Assembly (NCBI GenBank): GCA_035221665.1
Contig: CM069144.1
Location: 65,348,001 to 65,412,000 of the forward strand
DNA from: Okamejei kenojei
Taxonomy: Eukaryota
DNA: 64,000 nt
Direction of reading: 5' to 3'
Positions 13,186-26,811 of the stretch are shown piece after piece; position 1 is the stretch's first letter; each line of letters begins with the position of its first letter. The position numbers were made by a program, and so were the translations under genes. Under the pieces are notes generated by a model, which was given only the letters and a program-made list of their open reading frames with translations, made no database searches and was not told the DNA's origin.

Positions 13186-14448
13186 TTTAGGCTTTCACAG
13201 GAACAATGCAGATTTAATTGCATAGGAACTTCTGATACATTACTCCATATGTATTTGAAAAGTAATGTGACAGATTTGGGGAAAGACTGGGGTACCGTTC
13301 TAAGTGGAGTGGGTTATTCAAACAACATGCTGTACAGCTAGATGCAATGATCAGAATCTCACACTGGCACACTACTCATTATACCATTTAAATGTGTAGC
13401 TTCTGGAAATACATCATACTCTCAGCTTAATGACATCAATTAAGTCTCCTTCTGCATTCTCTCTACAGGAGGGGGAACGTTTTAGCCAGGAAAAGTCTCC
13501 CATCAATGAGATTTAATATTACACATCTATGTTTAGAAATGTGGGAATAAATTAAAAGTTAACAGATAATGGAAAATTCTCACGATGTGCATGTAAAGAA
13601 CTCAGAAACGAAATATTCTAGATTGTTAGATTGGCAAAAACATGGTGATTAAAGTACCATGAACATCAATTGGCTTCCACCGCATCAAAACTTATTACCA
13701 CACAACTGCAGAAAACAAGTTTTACTCTACAGTTCTGGTCACCTCCACTGCTGTGAATCACGTTGAAGTCCACACCACAACTATCTCTCCCAACATGAAA
13801 GTATTCCTTTCAGGTCTGCTGATCACCACTCAGTTTTCATTTTTGGTTTGAACGGATATTAAGAATCCATAATTATTTTCACATCAAGAGATAATTTAGA
13901 GATTTTTGAACCAAATGAAGAAATCTGATATTTCTATAAATGTTACCTGGTGACAGTACTGGCATGTATTGTGATGCAGAGTTTGAAACCAGGTTTTGGT
14001 TAAAATACCATTTAAATAAGGAAATTTACAGATGACCACACCCAGTTAACAAAACTCCTCAAACTGCCAAAATATACAAACATAATTTCAAAATGGACAG
14101 AAAGCAACAGTGATGTAAAAAACGGCAGCTTTAAAACAGGGTTTAATAAGATGATTTCCCAATCATTAAAAACAATCGTAACTTCCGTACCCATCACCCA
14201 CATGTAAATGGGAAATAAAATTTCTAAATCAAAAATTCCCCACTCATCCATTAACCTATAGGTTTACTCTTAGCAAATACCAGCTGCAGCAATATGGGCC
14301 CCAATAGCATTAAAGAGCGTCAGTAGGAGCAACATAAATTTACATCAATTAAAAGCAACAGACTATTTTGCAAAATACTACTTTTAGCTTGCGATGTCAA
14401 GATGCTTAATGCTGAAACAACCAATTGATCAAGAAGTGCACCACTTAC

Positions 14449-14582
14449 CTTTTCCAATACAACATCACTAATTGCTGGTAGACCTTCAGGTTTCTGCATA
14501 CTAGCAAAGATGAATTGGAACCCCAGGAGAAATTCACGGTCATATTTCTTCTTATCTTCAAGATTAAGTGGCTTCCAATTTT
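14449..14582 (-). CDS. eif4g1: eIF4G1 coding exon with eIF4E-binding motif ([45 protein letters not shown])
   Basis: attag|AAAATT...GAAAAG|gtaagt; 134 nt, phase 1 to 0; canonical YxxxxLL motif. Confidence 0.97.
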
Positions 14583-16156
14583 CTAATGGGGTGAATTAGA
14601 ATAGTTAAGTCAAATCATAATATTTCAACCATCTTACATTCTTCCCTCCCCCAACTTTGTTCTCAAAAATCTTGTGGCAGCTTGGTCATTGGTCGTTCTT
14701 AAAATGAATTTGCCTGGTCTAAGGCCTTCAGCTCTACCTCCACGAAACAAAGCAGCAAAAGCACCAAAAACATTTACAAAATGCTGGATTGAATAACCTC
14801 AGGAACCAAGAACAAACTCAGTTGCAACGGTCAAATTTCCATCATGTCAAAGCTAAAGTCGCTAAACGACCTGTCTTCTAATTAAACACTGGGCACAAGA
14901 CAAAAATTTACAAACTGGTAATCGCTGTCCCAAGTTGAACCTTGTAATTAATTGCTTACTAACAGTATTATATATTATATATGATTTTTTAATTACTATC
15001 TTGTTGATATAATACTTTTAATAAACCAACTCACAATAGGGCATTGCTTTAGCATGCTAAAAACGGGCAACATTAAAAATAAAGATTTTCCGATGGGTTG
15101 ATATTTTAACATTAAGAAATTGCGCTTGTATTCTCAACAGTTAACAAGATAACCCCAGTGCAATGAGCACCAATTGAAATCTAGTACCACTGATGAGCAT
15201 ATTACCTATACAAATCCATTTATGTGGAAAATTATACTGGAATTAATCTTAACCTCAAAGGTCGCTGTCAGAATTGAAGCTTCCTAAAGTAGAATCGTCA
15301 ACTAATCACATGCCAAGATTTGCATTACAAGCAAATTCCCCACTACAATTTGACATCCCAATAATGCATTTGTCTTTTACACAAATTGAAGTTTCTTGAA
15401 AATTAAAAAAAAAAAAAAACTGCAAATACTGAAAATCTAAAATCAAAATCTTTTGAAAACAGATCAAGGCAGCATCTGTGGAAAGGGAAAAGGAGTTGAC
15501 CTTGAGATCAAAAACCCTTTGAACAAACTGGGAGAGAGAAAAGGACAGGTTGGGAGAGTGGGCCGAGAGGTGGCAAGAGGGAATACAGCATTGCAAAGTG
15601 TTGAGTCATGCATTTTGTTAGTAGGAATAAAGGTGTAGACCATTTTCTAAATGGGGAGGTAATTCAGAAATCTGAAGTGCAAAGGGACTTGGGAGTGCTT
15701 GTGCAGGATTCCCAAAAAGTTAATTTGCAAGTCGAATCAGTAGCAAGGAAGGCAAACGCATTTATTTTGAGTGGGTTGGAATACAAAAACAGGAATATAA
15801 TGTTGAGGCTTTATAAGGCACTGGTCAGACTGCATTTGGCATATTGAGAGCAGTTTTGCGTCCCATATCGGAGGAAAGATGTGTTGGCACTGGAGAGGGT
15901 CCAGAGGAGGATTACGAGTAAGATCTCAGGGATGATTGGAACAGCATATGAGCGTTGGGCCTGTACCCGCTGGAGTTCAGAAAGATGAGAGGGGACCTCA
16001 TTGAAACTTACCGAATAGCAAAGATCCTATAGCGAGCAAGATAGATCACTCGACGAAAAAGACGTAGTACAGTCAGGGGCAGATTCATGGGTCATTTTCG
16101 TCCCCATTTCCGTAACCGGCTTCCGTCTCCGCACCAAAGATTCCATAGGATACAAT

Positions 16157-17692
16157 AACCATATAACAATTACAGCACGGAAACAGGCCCTCTCGGCCCT
16201 TCCAGTCCGTGCCGACCCTTTATTTTCCCCTAGTCCCATCTACTTGCACTCAGACCACACCCCACCATTCCCTTCCCGTCCATATACCAATCCACTTTAC
16301 TTTTAAATGTTAAAATCGATCCTGCCTCCACCACTTCTGCTGGAAGCTCATTCCACACAGCCACCACTCTCTGAGCAAAGAAGTTCCCCCTAATGTTACC
16401 CCTAAACTTCTGTCCCTTAATTCTCATGTCATGCCCTCTTGTTTGAATCTTCCCTACCCTCAATGGGAAAAGCTTATCCACGTCAACTCTGTCTATCCCT
16501 TTCATCATTTTAAAGACCCCAATCAAGTCCCCCCTTAACCTTCTGCGCTCCAAAGAATAAAGACCTAACTTATAGAAACATAGGAATTAGGTGCAGGAGT
16601 AGGCCATTCGGCCCTTCGAGCCTGCACCGCCATTCAATATGATCATGGCTGATCATCCAACTCAGTATCCCGTACCTGCCTTCTCTCCATACCCTCTGAA
16701 CCCCTTAGCCACAAGGGCCACATCTAACTCCCTCTTAAATATAGCCAATGAACTGGCCTCAACTACCCTCTGTGGCAGAGAGTTCCAGAGACTGTGTGAA
16801 AAACTTGTTCAATCTTTCTCTGTAACTTAGTTGCTAGAACCCAGGCAACATGCTAGTAAATATCCTCTGTACTCTCTCTATTTTGTTGACATCCTTCCTA
16901 TAATTAGGCAACCAAAATTGTACACCATATTCCAGAATTGGTCTTACCAATGCCTTGTACAATTTTAACATTAACTCCCTACTCCTATATTCAATTATCT
17001 GATTTATAAAAGCCAGCTCACCAAAAGCTTTCTTTACCACCCTATCTAAATGCGCTTCCACCTTCAGGGAACTATGCACAGTTATTCCTAGATCCCTCTG
17101 TTCCACAGCATTCCTCAATTCCCTACCATTTACCATGTACGTCCTATTTTGATTTGTCCTGCCAAGATGTAGCACTTCACACTTATCAGCATTAAACTCC
17201 ATCTGCCATCTTTCAGCCCACTTTTTCAAATGGCTCAAATCTCTCTGTAGACTTTGAAAATCTACTTCATTATCCACAACACCACCTATCTTAGTATCAT
17301 CTGCATACTTACTTATCCAATTTTCCACCCCATCATCTAGATCATTGATGTACATGACAAACAACAGTGGACCCAATGCAGATCCCTGAGGCACCCCACT
17401 GGTCACCGGCTTCCAATCTGACAAACAGCCATCCACCATTACTCTCTGACATCTCTCATTCATCCACTGTTGAATCCATCTTGCTACTCTGCCATTAACA
17501 CCCAAAGATTGAACCTTCTGAACCAACCTTCCATGGGGAACTTTGTCAAAGGCCTTACTGGAATCCATATAGACAACATCCACTGCTTTACCCTCATCAA
17601 TTTCCCTAGTAACCTCTTCAAAAAATTCAAGAAGGTTTGTCAAACATGACCTTCCAGGCACAAATCCATGTTGACTGTTCCTGATCAGACCC
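16157..17692 (-). mobile_element. Young CR1 LINE (family A) with RT domain
   Basis: ORF 16834..17769 contains QHGF, KAFDKVPH, SGVPQGS and YADD; ORF 16230..16553 is the C-terminus; ATATGGTT tail. Confidence 0.95.
16572..16800 (-). mobile_element. CR1 family B 3' fragment inserted in the family A CR1
   Basis: Matches the 3' ends at 21240-21410 and 32140-32310; CTATGTTT tail; AACTT on both flanks. Confidence 0.85.
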
Positions 17693-19120
17693 CGTTTAGT
17701 GCGGAGATGGAAGCCGGTTACGGAAACATCCTCGTAAAAATAGAAGTTATTTGGTAAAAATCTTCTCATTTTCAGAATTTTAATTTATTAACACAAACTG
17801 TTCCCCCTCAACGTTGATTACACCGTGAGTCGGGTCGGGTTACGGAAATGGATGAAAAAAAGCCCACGTTCCGCTGCGTTGCGTACTACACGTCAGCCCA
17901 TTGCATTTAGAAGGAGTGATCTATAGGATCTATGCCGAATAGTGTATAGAGTGAATGTGGAGAGGATGTTTCCACTAGTTGGAGTGTCTAGGACCAGAGG
18001 CCATAGCCTCAGAATAAAATGACGTGCCTTTAGAAAGTAGATGGAGGAATTTCTTTAGTCAGAGGGTAGTGAACCTGTGGAATTCATTGCCACAGACAGC
18101 TGCGGAGGCCAAGTCAATGGATATTTTTAAGGCAGAGACTAACAGATTGATTAGAAAGGGTGTCAGATGTTGGAATACTGCGCAAAAAGGTTGTCTAACT
18201 TGTATGTTAGAGCCTTTACATATTCATTTGAATAGTTGATGTGGAAAAACAAATGAATATGTAACGGCTCGAAAATATGTCAGAGCTGTAGAAGATGCCC
18301 ACATCAGGATTGGTAACCTTAGTTTCAAGACACTGGGATGCAGCAACATTTGATTGTTATCATCCCTAAAAGTGGCAGATGTGATCCTACTCCCAAATCA
18401 GATTCTTTTGAATAGACACAAATAATCCAACACCCTAGATGGTATTTATAAATAACTGATCTAGTCATAATGCAGCATTATTTTGTGGGAGCAAGCTGAA
18501 TGCATATTTGACCGCGACATTTCCTAAAACACAATGGCAACATTTTGGAAGTACTCATTAGTAATAAGAGTTTGACAAGGCTTAACATGGCACTTTGTCA
18601 ACACACACATTTTTCCCCACTGCAGCAAAGAATGATCCTTTTATTTCACCAGTTCTAAAACCAATTATTTCTGTCCTAAAACAGTACTGGTGTTGCATGA
18701 TCCTTGCGTGAAACTTTCAACTTCGTCTAGTCTGATAATGGCCATCTACTTGTAACATTAATTATTTTGCTCTCCACAGGTGCTACCTGGCATAAGTCAA
18801 GTCTATTTTGTTATATGAACAACTATGATGATGTACAGGTCCAATGAAAAATCTAGTAGCGATTCACTGGTTCACACATTAAGCACCTCACTTGACAGTG
18901 CATTGACTTGAGCAACACACAAAATCAGAAAGGATACATAAATCGCAAATTCTGCAAGATTGAAAAGACTACAAACATCACGACATCAATGCAAAAATCT
19001 ACAATTAGAACACGTACCAATAGTATAGGGTCAAATATGGTTTATACCAAAAGACAAACTACAGTGAGAGGCAAGTTTGAGCCTGATTTACAGCTCTGAT
19101 GTGTGAATCCAGTCATACTA

Positions 19121-20176
19121 CAGAGCTACCAAGTTTTGTCAGAGCATTTCAATATTCTAGTACCTGAAAATCAGTATTTTGCTGAAGAAATCAATAGTTT
19201 TACGCAGTGCCATTTTGCTAAAAGAAATGTTTACGTGCGGTCATACCCATGTAACAGTACAAGACTGTATAACGTTGCTACCAATTGACACGTCTTCTAC
19301 GCACCTTACTTGACAGGGCATTCATTGCCATCTCTTTGTGTACTGTTGTTTGAACGGCTGCTTCCTGCTTCTCGCACCAGATGATGATATAGAAGCCATT
19401 TTGTATTTTTAATCCCTATTCTTTCTAACCTTGTCGCGTCTCATCCCTCGACTCACAGCAGCTTCGCATTCACCATGTCACAGAGGTAACACGCGCCACG
19501 TGGTACGTAACTCACGCAAATTCCAAATTTCCTGGAATCTGATGGTATTTCTTGAAATTTTCAATATGCTTTCTGCGTGCTATTTGTCGTTGGGTTTTTT
19601 TTTGCGGGCACACGTTAAGAACACAAAGAAGAACAAGGCAAAACAGATCTATGTAACTACACCGTATCTGCCCGCTTCTGTTACTCATTTGTAGAGTGTT
19701 ATGCAAGGCAGCTCGCTGCCTCCAACAGTTTTCGTTATCTTCGTTTTTTCAACCTGCTCTCATGTGTCTAAGTCTCTGCTCTCTCTCCCGCTCTCTCCCT
19801 CCCTCCCTCTCTCCATCCCTCCCCCTCCTTTTTTTTTCTCCCTCCCTCCAATTCTACCACTGCCTGAAAAATAATCAAAGGCTCAACTTCCACTGAGAAA
19901 TAGAATTCCAAAGTCTCACTGTTATACGAGAATTTTCCCGAACAGTCTGTGATCCATGGCGCTGTGGCAATAGCGCTATGTGTAAAGCCCATAGCGCTCC
20001 AGCCGGTAGCGCTACATTTAGACCCACATCGCTGCAGCTGACAACTCTTTGTTTAAATTCCCACACGTTAAACTGTCAACGCTCTGTTTAAACCTGGAGT
20101 GGGACAGGCAATGACTCTGGAGAGAAGGAATGGGTGACGTTTCTGGTCGAGACTCTTCTTCAGAATGAACTGAACT
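19121..20176. mobile_element. MITE-family copy related to 40067-41015 (left TIR only)
   Basis: Starts CAGAGCTACCAAGTTTTGTCAGAG; left about 260 bp and right about 330 bp align with the 40067 element; right TIR not found. Confidence 0.8.
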
Positions 20177-20300
20177 CTCGTCGGTGAGAGTACTTGTGAT
20201 TGTCTGAAGAAGGGTCTCGACCCGAAAAGTCATCCATTCCTTCTCTCCAGAGTCGTTGCCTGTCCCGCTGAGTTACTCCAGCTTTTTGTGTCTATCTTCA
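20095..20300. repeat. Inverted pair of Penelope termini with hammerhead motifs
   Basis: Reverse copy at 20136-20163 and forward CTGAAGAAGGGTCTCGACCCGAAA at 20204. Confidence 0.8.
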
Positions 20301-20429
20301 ATTTCAGAGTTAAATAAAAAAGAGTGTTGGTGGAACTCAGCGGGCTAGGCAGCATTTGTGGAGGGAATGGATTAGGAGTTGTTTCGGGCCAGGTTATTCT
20401 TCTATAGGAAGGAACTGCAGATGCAGTTG

Positions 20430-22360
20430 TCTTTGCAAAACGCCAAATGATTCCAGGAATTCCGAGGAGGGGGGAGAGAGAGGGCAGAGGGAGGCAGACC
20501 TGTGTAAACCTGTACTGTCCCTGCCAGCTTCAAATGGTCCCTGTACCCAAAAATACAAGGATTACTGGTCTTAATGACTACAGGCCTGTCACACTAACCT
20601 CTGTAGTCATGAAGACACTCGAAAGGCTTGTGCTGGCCCAGCTAAAAAATATCACTAACCCCCTGCTGGACCCTCTGCAGTTTGCATATCGGGCCAATAG
20701 ATAAGTGGATGTCGCAGTCAACCTAGGCCTGCACTACATCCTCCAGCACCTAGATCACCAGGGGATTTATGCAAGGATTTTGTTTGTTGATTTTAGCTCT
20801 GCATTCAACACCATTGTGCCAGAGCTACTACATCAAACTCTCGAAGTTGACTGTGCCTGAACCCCTGTCAGTGGATCAGTGGTTAGTGGAAAGACATTCT
20901 TGCCATAGAGGGAGTACAAAGAAGGTTCACCAGACTGATTCCTGGGATGGCACGACTTCCATATGAAGAAAGACTGGATAGACTTTGCTTATACTCGCTG
21001 GAATTTAGAAGATTGAGGGGGGATTTCATAGAGACTTACAAAATTCTTAAGGGGTTGGACAGGCTAGATGCAGGAAGATTGTTCCCGATGTTGGGGAAGT
21101 CCAGGACAAGGGGTCACAGTTTAAGGATAAGGGGGAAGGAAGTCTTTTAGGACCGAGATGAGAAAATCTTTTTTCACACAGAGAGTGGGGAATATGTGGA
21201 ATTCTCTGCCAGAGAAGGTAGTTGAGGCCATTTCGTTGGCTATATTTAAGAGGGAGTTCGATGTGGCCCTTGTGGCTAAAGGGATCAGGGGATATGGAGA
21301 GAAGGCAGGTACAGGATACTGAGTTAGATGATCAGCCATGATCATATTGAATGGCGGTGCAGGATCGAAGGGCCGAATGGCCTACTCCTGCACCTAATTT
21401 CTATGTTTCTATCACCAACTTCCTGACAAGACACGAAGCAGCAGGTGGAGCTGGGAAAACACATCTCGAACCCTCAGACCCTCAGCATAGGAGCACCGCA
21501 AGGCGGCCCCTCTCCCCTCTCCTTTATTTGGTCTACACTAACCTCCACAGACTTCTCTATCAAGCTTCTCAAGTTTGTGGACGACACAACCTTGATTGGA
21601 CTGATCCAGGATGGGGAGGAATCTGCCTACAGACAGGGAGTGACACAGCTGGCGTCCTGGTGCCTTCGTAACAACCTGGAGCTCAATGCTCTTAAGACAG
21701 TGGAATTGATTGTAGACTTTAGGAGAGCTCCCCCTCCCCTCACCCCACTCGCCATCAACACCACAGTCACATATGTGGAGTCAGAGGATGTACTTCCTGC
21801 GGCAGCTGAGGAAACACAATCTGCCACAGGCAATGATGATCCAATTCTACATGGCCATCGTAGAGTCTGTCCTCATCTTCTCCATCGTGGTCTGGTTTGG
21901 CTCAGCCACCAAGCACGACACCTGGAGGCTGCAGCAAATCGTTCGATCGGCTGAGAAGGTTGTTGGCTGCAACCTTCCACCCATTGACGAACTGTACACT
22001 GCAAGGGCCAGGAAGCGAGCGGATAAGATCATCTCTGACTCCTCTCACCCTGGCCACAAACTCTTTGAGGCACTTCTCTCTGGAAGGCGACTCCGGACTG
22101 TTAAAGGCGCCACAGCCAGACATAAAAACTGTGTTTTTTCCACAAGGAGAAGCTCTACACAATAACCAAAAGTCTGTAGCCTCCTTTTGCTGTTTTTTCC
22201 CACCATTCAAATGCTTAAACTATAATGTTTTATTATTAATATTATGTCATTCTTAATTGTGTCATTCTTAATTGTTACTGTATGTCGTGTTGTTACTTGC
22301 GAGTGGAGCACCAAGGCAAATTCCTTGTATGTGTACATACTTGGCCAATAAACTTATTTC
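20430..22360 (+). mobile_element. Rex1/Babar LINE, 5'-truncated, interrupted by a CR1
   Basis: NDYRPVTLTSVVMKTLERL, DPLQFAYRANR, KFVDDTTLIGLI, NNLELNALKTVELIVDF and HPGHKLF motifs; 3' tail ACATACTTGGCCAATAAA. Confidence 0.9.
20885..21410 (+). mobile_element. CR1 family B 3' fragment inside Rex1
   Basis: YEERLDRL...FRRLRGD...; CTATGTTT tail; ATCA duplicated at the junctions. Confidence 0.9.
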
Positions 22361-24194
22361 ATTTTTCAAGCTCTTCTTATTTAGAGGTTTTTTTATTTCA
22401 GTGAGTTTGTCTTCTATGTTTTGTTGCTGCGTTTTCAGCTCAACACTCTTTTCACTGACAGATCTGCATATGCTGTTGGACTTGGTGATCATGGTGACGC
22501 TAGCCACGTGGTCCTCCCTAGCTACACAGACTTGCCCCAGAAAACACCAGATGGTTGAAGCCACACCCCCTATTTATTGGAACCACCTACATGAGCTTGA
22601 AGCTTAGATGTTTACTCTTCATTTTTGCATGATACAAGGCGAGTCTGTGAGCAGTGTTGCAGTGCTAATTTTTTAGGTGTTGGAGCTGTCAAACAGGGAC
22701 ATCATTTCAGGTTTTGTTTGAAGGGGGGGGGGGTATCCCAAGAGTGTTAAACAAGATTATAGCCTATCAGTACATCCCAGTGTATAGCTAGTACAATAAA
22801 ACATATAATACCTAATTTAATAATGTGACAAAATATTGCACGGTTGCACTCACTAATTATCACGAAATATAATTATCAAGCAAGTAAAGAGAAAGACGGT
22901 GATCATGTATTTTTACAGAGGTGGCGGCCCGGCACCAACTCACCCGCAGCTCTGGGACTTCACGCTCTCTCACACACTCATTCATTCATTAATTCACTGA
23001 CCCACCCACTCCAGACTGGTCCCTCTACCGACACTGCTCAACTCGACCGCCCGCAGGTCCATCGCTGGACCGTGGAGCCGCTTGCCCGACCACCACGTGG
23101 CCAAGATGGCCACCCCTACGAGAAGCAGCAACAACATCCGCCACTCCGACCTTCACTGCCTTCGTGGCCAAACCCAGGCCTGGACCACCGTAACTGCCGC
23201 AGTTGCCGACTCTCACTACCTCCTCGGGCAGGGCCACCGCTGCTGCCGCCGACCTTCACTGTTTCCCCGGACACCGATGCTACTGCTGCCGACCCGCATA
23301 TCCACTCCAGCCCCCCACCAACGGCTCCGCCGACCCTCACCTCTCCACCGGTGGGCCAGAGCCGTCACCTCACCAGAGTTCCAGGCACCAGGCCCACAGC
23401 ACCTGGCCTGACTCGGCTGGGTCCTAGTTCTCATACAGGGAACATTGTTAGCAAACATATCCAACAATGTTTCTCGACTTTGAATAAAAATACACATTAT
23501 AAACTCGATGAAAAAAACGCCTCTTCACTCTGCATGAATTAATACTCATCATAAAAAGTGAATTCAAGGACTTTCAAGGATAAATTATATGATAAATCCA
23601 AGGACTTAAGGCCTTGAAAAACGTTCAAATTCCAGTACTTTCAAGGACCATACAAGCTCTGAGACTTTAATTCTCTATGGGCTCTGAAGATCAGAAAAGC
23701 TAGCAGAGCAGTCAAAAAAAGATGGAACTTGAGCCCAATAGGGATATTTTATTGGATTAACATAGATAAACAAAGATTCCAGTTCAATGACCATGCTGAC
23801 AATCATGATAACACCCATGAAAAAGACTAATTGGACAAAAGACCAATTAAGTTTTCACATCTTGATTGCCAATTTCCTATTCTGGTAAGGAAACAAAATC
23901 AAAATGTATTTTAAATTTATGAGGATGCTTGCAAAAGACTTGGGCCTTCATGGAAAGTTGTCACCCAGTGAGAGAATATTTCAAATATAGAGGTTACTTA
24001 TCAGCGAGGATTCTTGGAAACAGTGTAACAGCCAAGCTAACTGGATATACTGCGATGGTAAAAAGTGACAAATGGTGATGACAAAAAAAAGCTACACAAA
24101 TTTTGAAACTAAAATTGCTCTGGTGACATAACTCTAGATGTAAACATACCATTAAAATAATTAAATACTGCTTGCATAGGAAGCAGAAAAGTAG

Positions 24195-24420
24195 TAGGAA
24201 AGAACTGCAGGTGCTGGTTTAAATCGAAGGTAGACACAAAATGCTGGAGTAACTCAGCAGGACAAGCAGCATCTCTGGAGAGAAGGAATGGGTGACATTT
24301 CCGGTCGAGATTCATTGTGTATATTTAGTCTGAAGAAAGGTCTCGACCCGAAACGTCACCTATTCCTTCTCTCCAGATATGCTGCCTGTCCCACTGAGTT
24401 ACTCCAGCATTTTGTGTCTA
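24195..24420. repeat. Inverted Penelope-terminus pair with hammerhead motif (24330-24357)
   Basis: Long inverted arms ACACAAAATGCTGGAGTAACTCAG / CTGAGTTACTCCAGCATTTTGTGT around CTGAAGA...GAAACGTC. Confidence 0.85.
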
Positions 24421-25052
24421 AGCAGCAAAGTAGAATATAGTACATCAGATTCCAGAACAGCCAACAATCTCATGAAATTAACATCATGGCTACTTTTACA
24501 TTTTTCCTCCACTGCACATCCCAAACGAAAATAATATATTTCCTGTCTGAATGTGAAAATAAATTAAACTGATCACGCAATTTGGGCTCAGAAAATTCAG
24601 TATAAGGTTTCTCAGTGGAGACTAATACACAGCATCTTGCGTACATGCAATATTTTTATCTGATATTCAGCTAAAATATTTAGATTTTTATCAGTATATC
24701 CCACCTTGTGAATCAAAAGCTTAAAATGAAGTTATTAGATGAGCATAAGTCTATTACAGGCAGCTAAGTATGGCAACTTTCATTTGTATACTAAAACACA
24801 ATTTTCCAATCAAATTATGGTACTTGCAAAATAGATTGAAAAGTACAATAATTGGTGTATAATCAAAGAGTACAAATTTAATTAAGAAACAAATAATGCA
24901 TTGTACCCCTATTACCATTTAAGGGTTCCATTTAACAATGTTTTATTTCATTGCACATTGGCAATCGTTAAGATAATCTGTTTCCATTCAGCAAAATTGG
25001 TTGCAGCCCAAAAGCAAGCTTTGCATTTTAGTATTGATTGCTGAGAGCTCAC

Positions 25053-25245
25053 CTTCTTTATATTGATATTTTTGATCTGACAACTTAATTCCATCCGGCT
25101 TGATGTTTTCTACATCTTGTTTATCTTCCTTCTCCTCCCAGGTTTCCTCAGGTTCGTCACGAGTCGGAGGAATTGTTTCAGTCACTTCAATACCTACAGC
25201 AGTAGGCTGGCCAACAGATTCAGCTGCGGGTTCTTTTATTTGTGA
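25053..25245 (-). CDS. eif4g1: eIF4G1 coding exon SQIKEPAAES...EETWEEKEDK...DQKYQYKE
   Basis: ctgcag|TCACAA...GAAG|gtgag; 193 nt, phase 0 to 1; inside ORF 24988..25266. Confidence 0.93.
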
Positions 25246-25519
25246 CTGCAGAAATATAAACCCCAAAGTTATTTATCAAATGACAGCTGACATAGAGACA
25301 CTTATCCAAAACACTAGGTTAGATTTCATAATGGGCAATCAGCTTAAACCTGCACCCACCATTCCACAAGATATTCTACCTCAGGTACATTTTTCATGCC
25401 TCCCTTAGTTTAGTTTATTGTCACGTACAGCAAAAGGTTTTTGTTGTGTGCTATCCAATCAGCAGAAATTAATGGGAAGAAAAGTTCAAGAAGGGATAAG
25501 AGAGTAAGGTCAGGGTCAA

Positions 25520-26285
25520 TTGTGAGCGGTGTGAGAGGGGAGGTGAATACGGAGGTCAAAGTGTTGTATATGATGCGCGAAGTATAAGGAATAAAGTGGA
25601 CAAGCTTGAGGCTCAGTTAGAAATTGGCAAGTATGATGTTGTGGGAATGAGAGACAAGGCTGCAAGAGGGCCAGGGATGGGAACTGAATATTCAAGGGTA
25701 TACCTCCTATCGAAGTCAGACAGGTGGGCAGAGGGCGTGGGGTAGCTCTATTGGTGAGGAATGAAATTCCGTCCCTTGCAATGGGTGACATTGAAACGGG
25801 AGATGTGGAGTCAGTATGGATAGAACTAAGGAATGGTAATGGTAAAAGTACTCTAATGGGACTTATCTATAGGCCCCCAAACAGTAGCCTGGATATAGGG
25901 TGCAAGTTGAATCAGGAGTTAAAATTGGCATGTCATAAAGGTAATGCTACGGTTGATTTCAACATGCAGATAGACTGGGAAAATCAGGTTGGTACTGGAC
26001 CCCAAGAAAAAGAGTTTGTGGAGTGCCTCCGTGATGGATTCTTAGAGCAGCTTGTGTTGGAGTCTACCAGGGAGAGGGCAATTCTGGATTTAGTGTTATG
26101 TAATGAACCGGATTTGACAAAAGGAACTTGAGGTTAAGGAGCCATTAGGAGGTAGTGACCATAATATGGTCAAGTTTCATCTACAATTGGATAGGGAGAA
26201 GAGTAAATCGGAGGTGTCAGTGTGACAGTTGAATAAAGGAGACTATGGAGTCACGAGGGAGGAGCTGGCCAAAGTTGACTGGAAA
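25520..26285 (+). mobile_element. CR1 ORF2 AP-endonuclease fragment
   Basis: GRGVALLV, ESVWIEL, YRPPNS, DFN, LDLVL and LGGSDHN motifs. Confidence 0.85.
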
Positions 26286-26450
26286 GAGGGAGTGGCCAGG
26301 GCACGACTCAATCTTGATTATGCTGCTGGCCTTGCCGAGGCAGCGCGAGGTATAAATTGAGTCAATACAAGGGAGGTTGGTTTGTGTGATGGTTTGGGCT
26401 GCGTCTACAATTCGCTGCAATTTCTTGCGGCCTTGGATAGAGCTGTTCCC
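26286..26450 (-). mobile_element. Rex1-type 3' fragment
   Basis: LQRIVDAAQTITQTNLPCIDSIYTSRCLGKASSII...PGHSLF. Confidence 0.75.
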
Positions 26451-26602
26451 ACCCTAATACAGCAGTCTGAACCTGCACTTTTAGTGCCATTTACATACGT
26501 ACAAGCTAGCACCCAAAGGTCTTGCCAAAAGCCATGTTTTGCAAATCTGCTGTAAATGGTACTTCTAACTTGTTTTGCTTTATATGTTCCTCTTTAAAAT
26601 AC

Positions 26603-26694
26603 CTCTTTGAAAGCATCCAGTAGATCTCCAACTGCTTCTTTTTTGTTTAAATCCTTCATTTTCCTCTTCTTCTTTGGCACAGATACAGCTGCAG
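26603..26694 (-). CDS. eif4g1: eIF4G1 coding exon [31 protein letters not shown]
   Basis: ttcag|CTGCAG...AAAGAG|gtatt; 92 nt, phase 1 to 0; human [30 protein letters not shown]. Confidence 0.95.
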
Positions 26695-26811
26695 CTGAAA
26701 AAAGAGATGACAGTGAACTTGCATGCAGAAACTATTCAAGTCAAGATTAGGAATCAAGAATAAATGAGCATGTGTAAAGCCCGTTAAGGATCAGCACGAC
26801 TATTTTACATA

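Larger units (their letters stand above)
16019..17934. mobile_element. Non-autonomous DNA transposon with 8-bp TSD, P-element-like termini, split by a CR1
   Basis: TIR CAAAGATCCTATAG / CTATAGGATCTATG (1 mismatch); TSD CCGAATAG at 16011-16018 and 17935-17942. Confidence 0.8.
15590..18165 (+). mobile_element. Old CR1 3' region interrupted by nested insertions at 16019-17934
   Basis: QRDLGVLV...LYKALVRLHL (ORF 15608..15847) continues after 17942 with RNFFSQRVVNLWNSLP. Confidence 0.8.

Noticed and set aside
22844-23542. 232-aa Pro-rich ORF
   Set aside because: Low-complexity GC-rich repeat sequence, with no splice or domain support.
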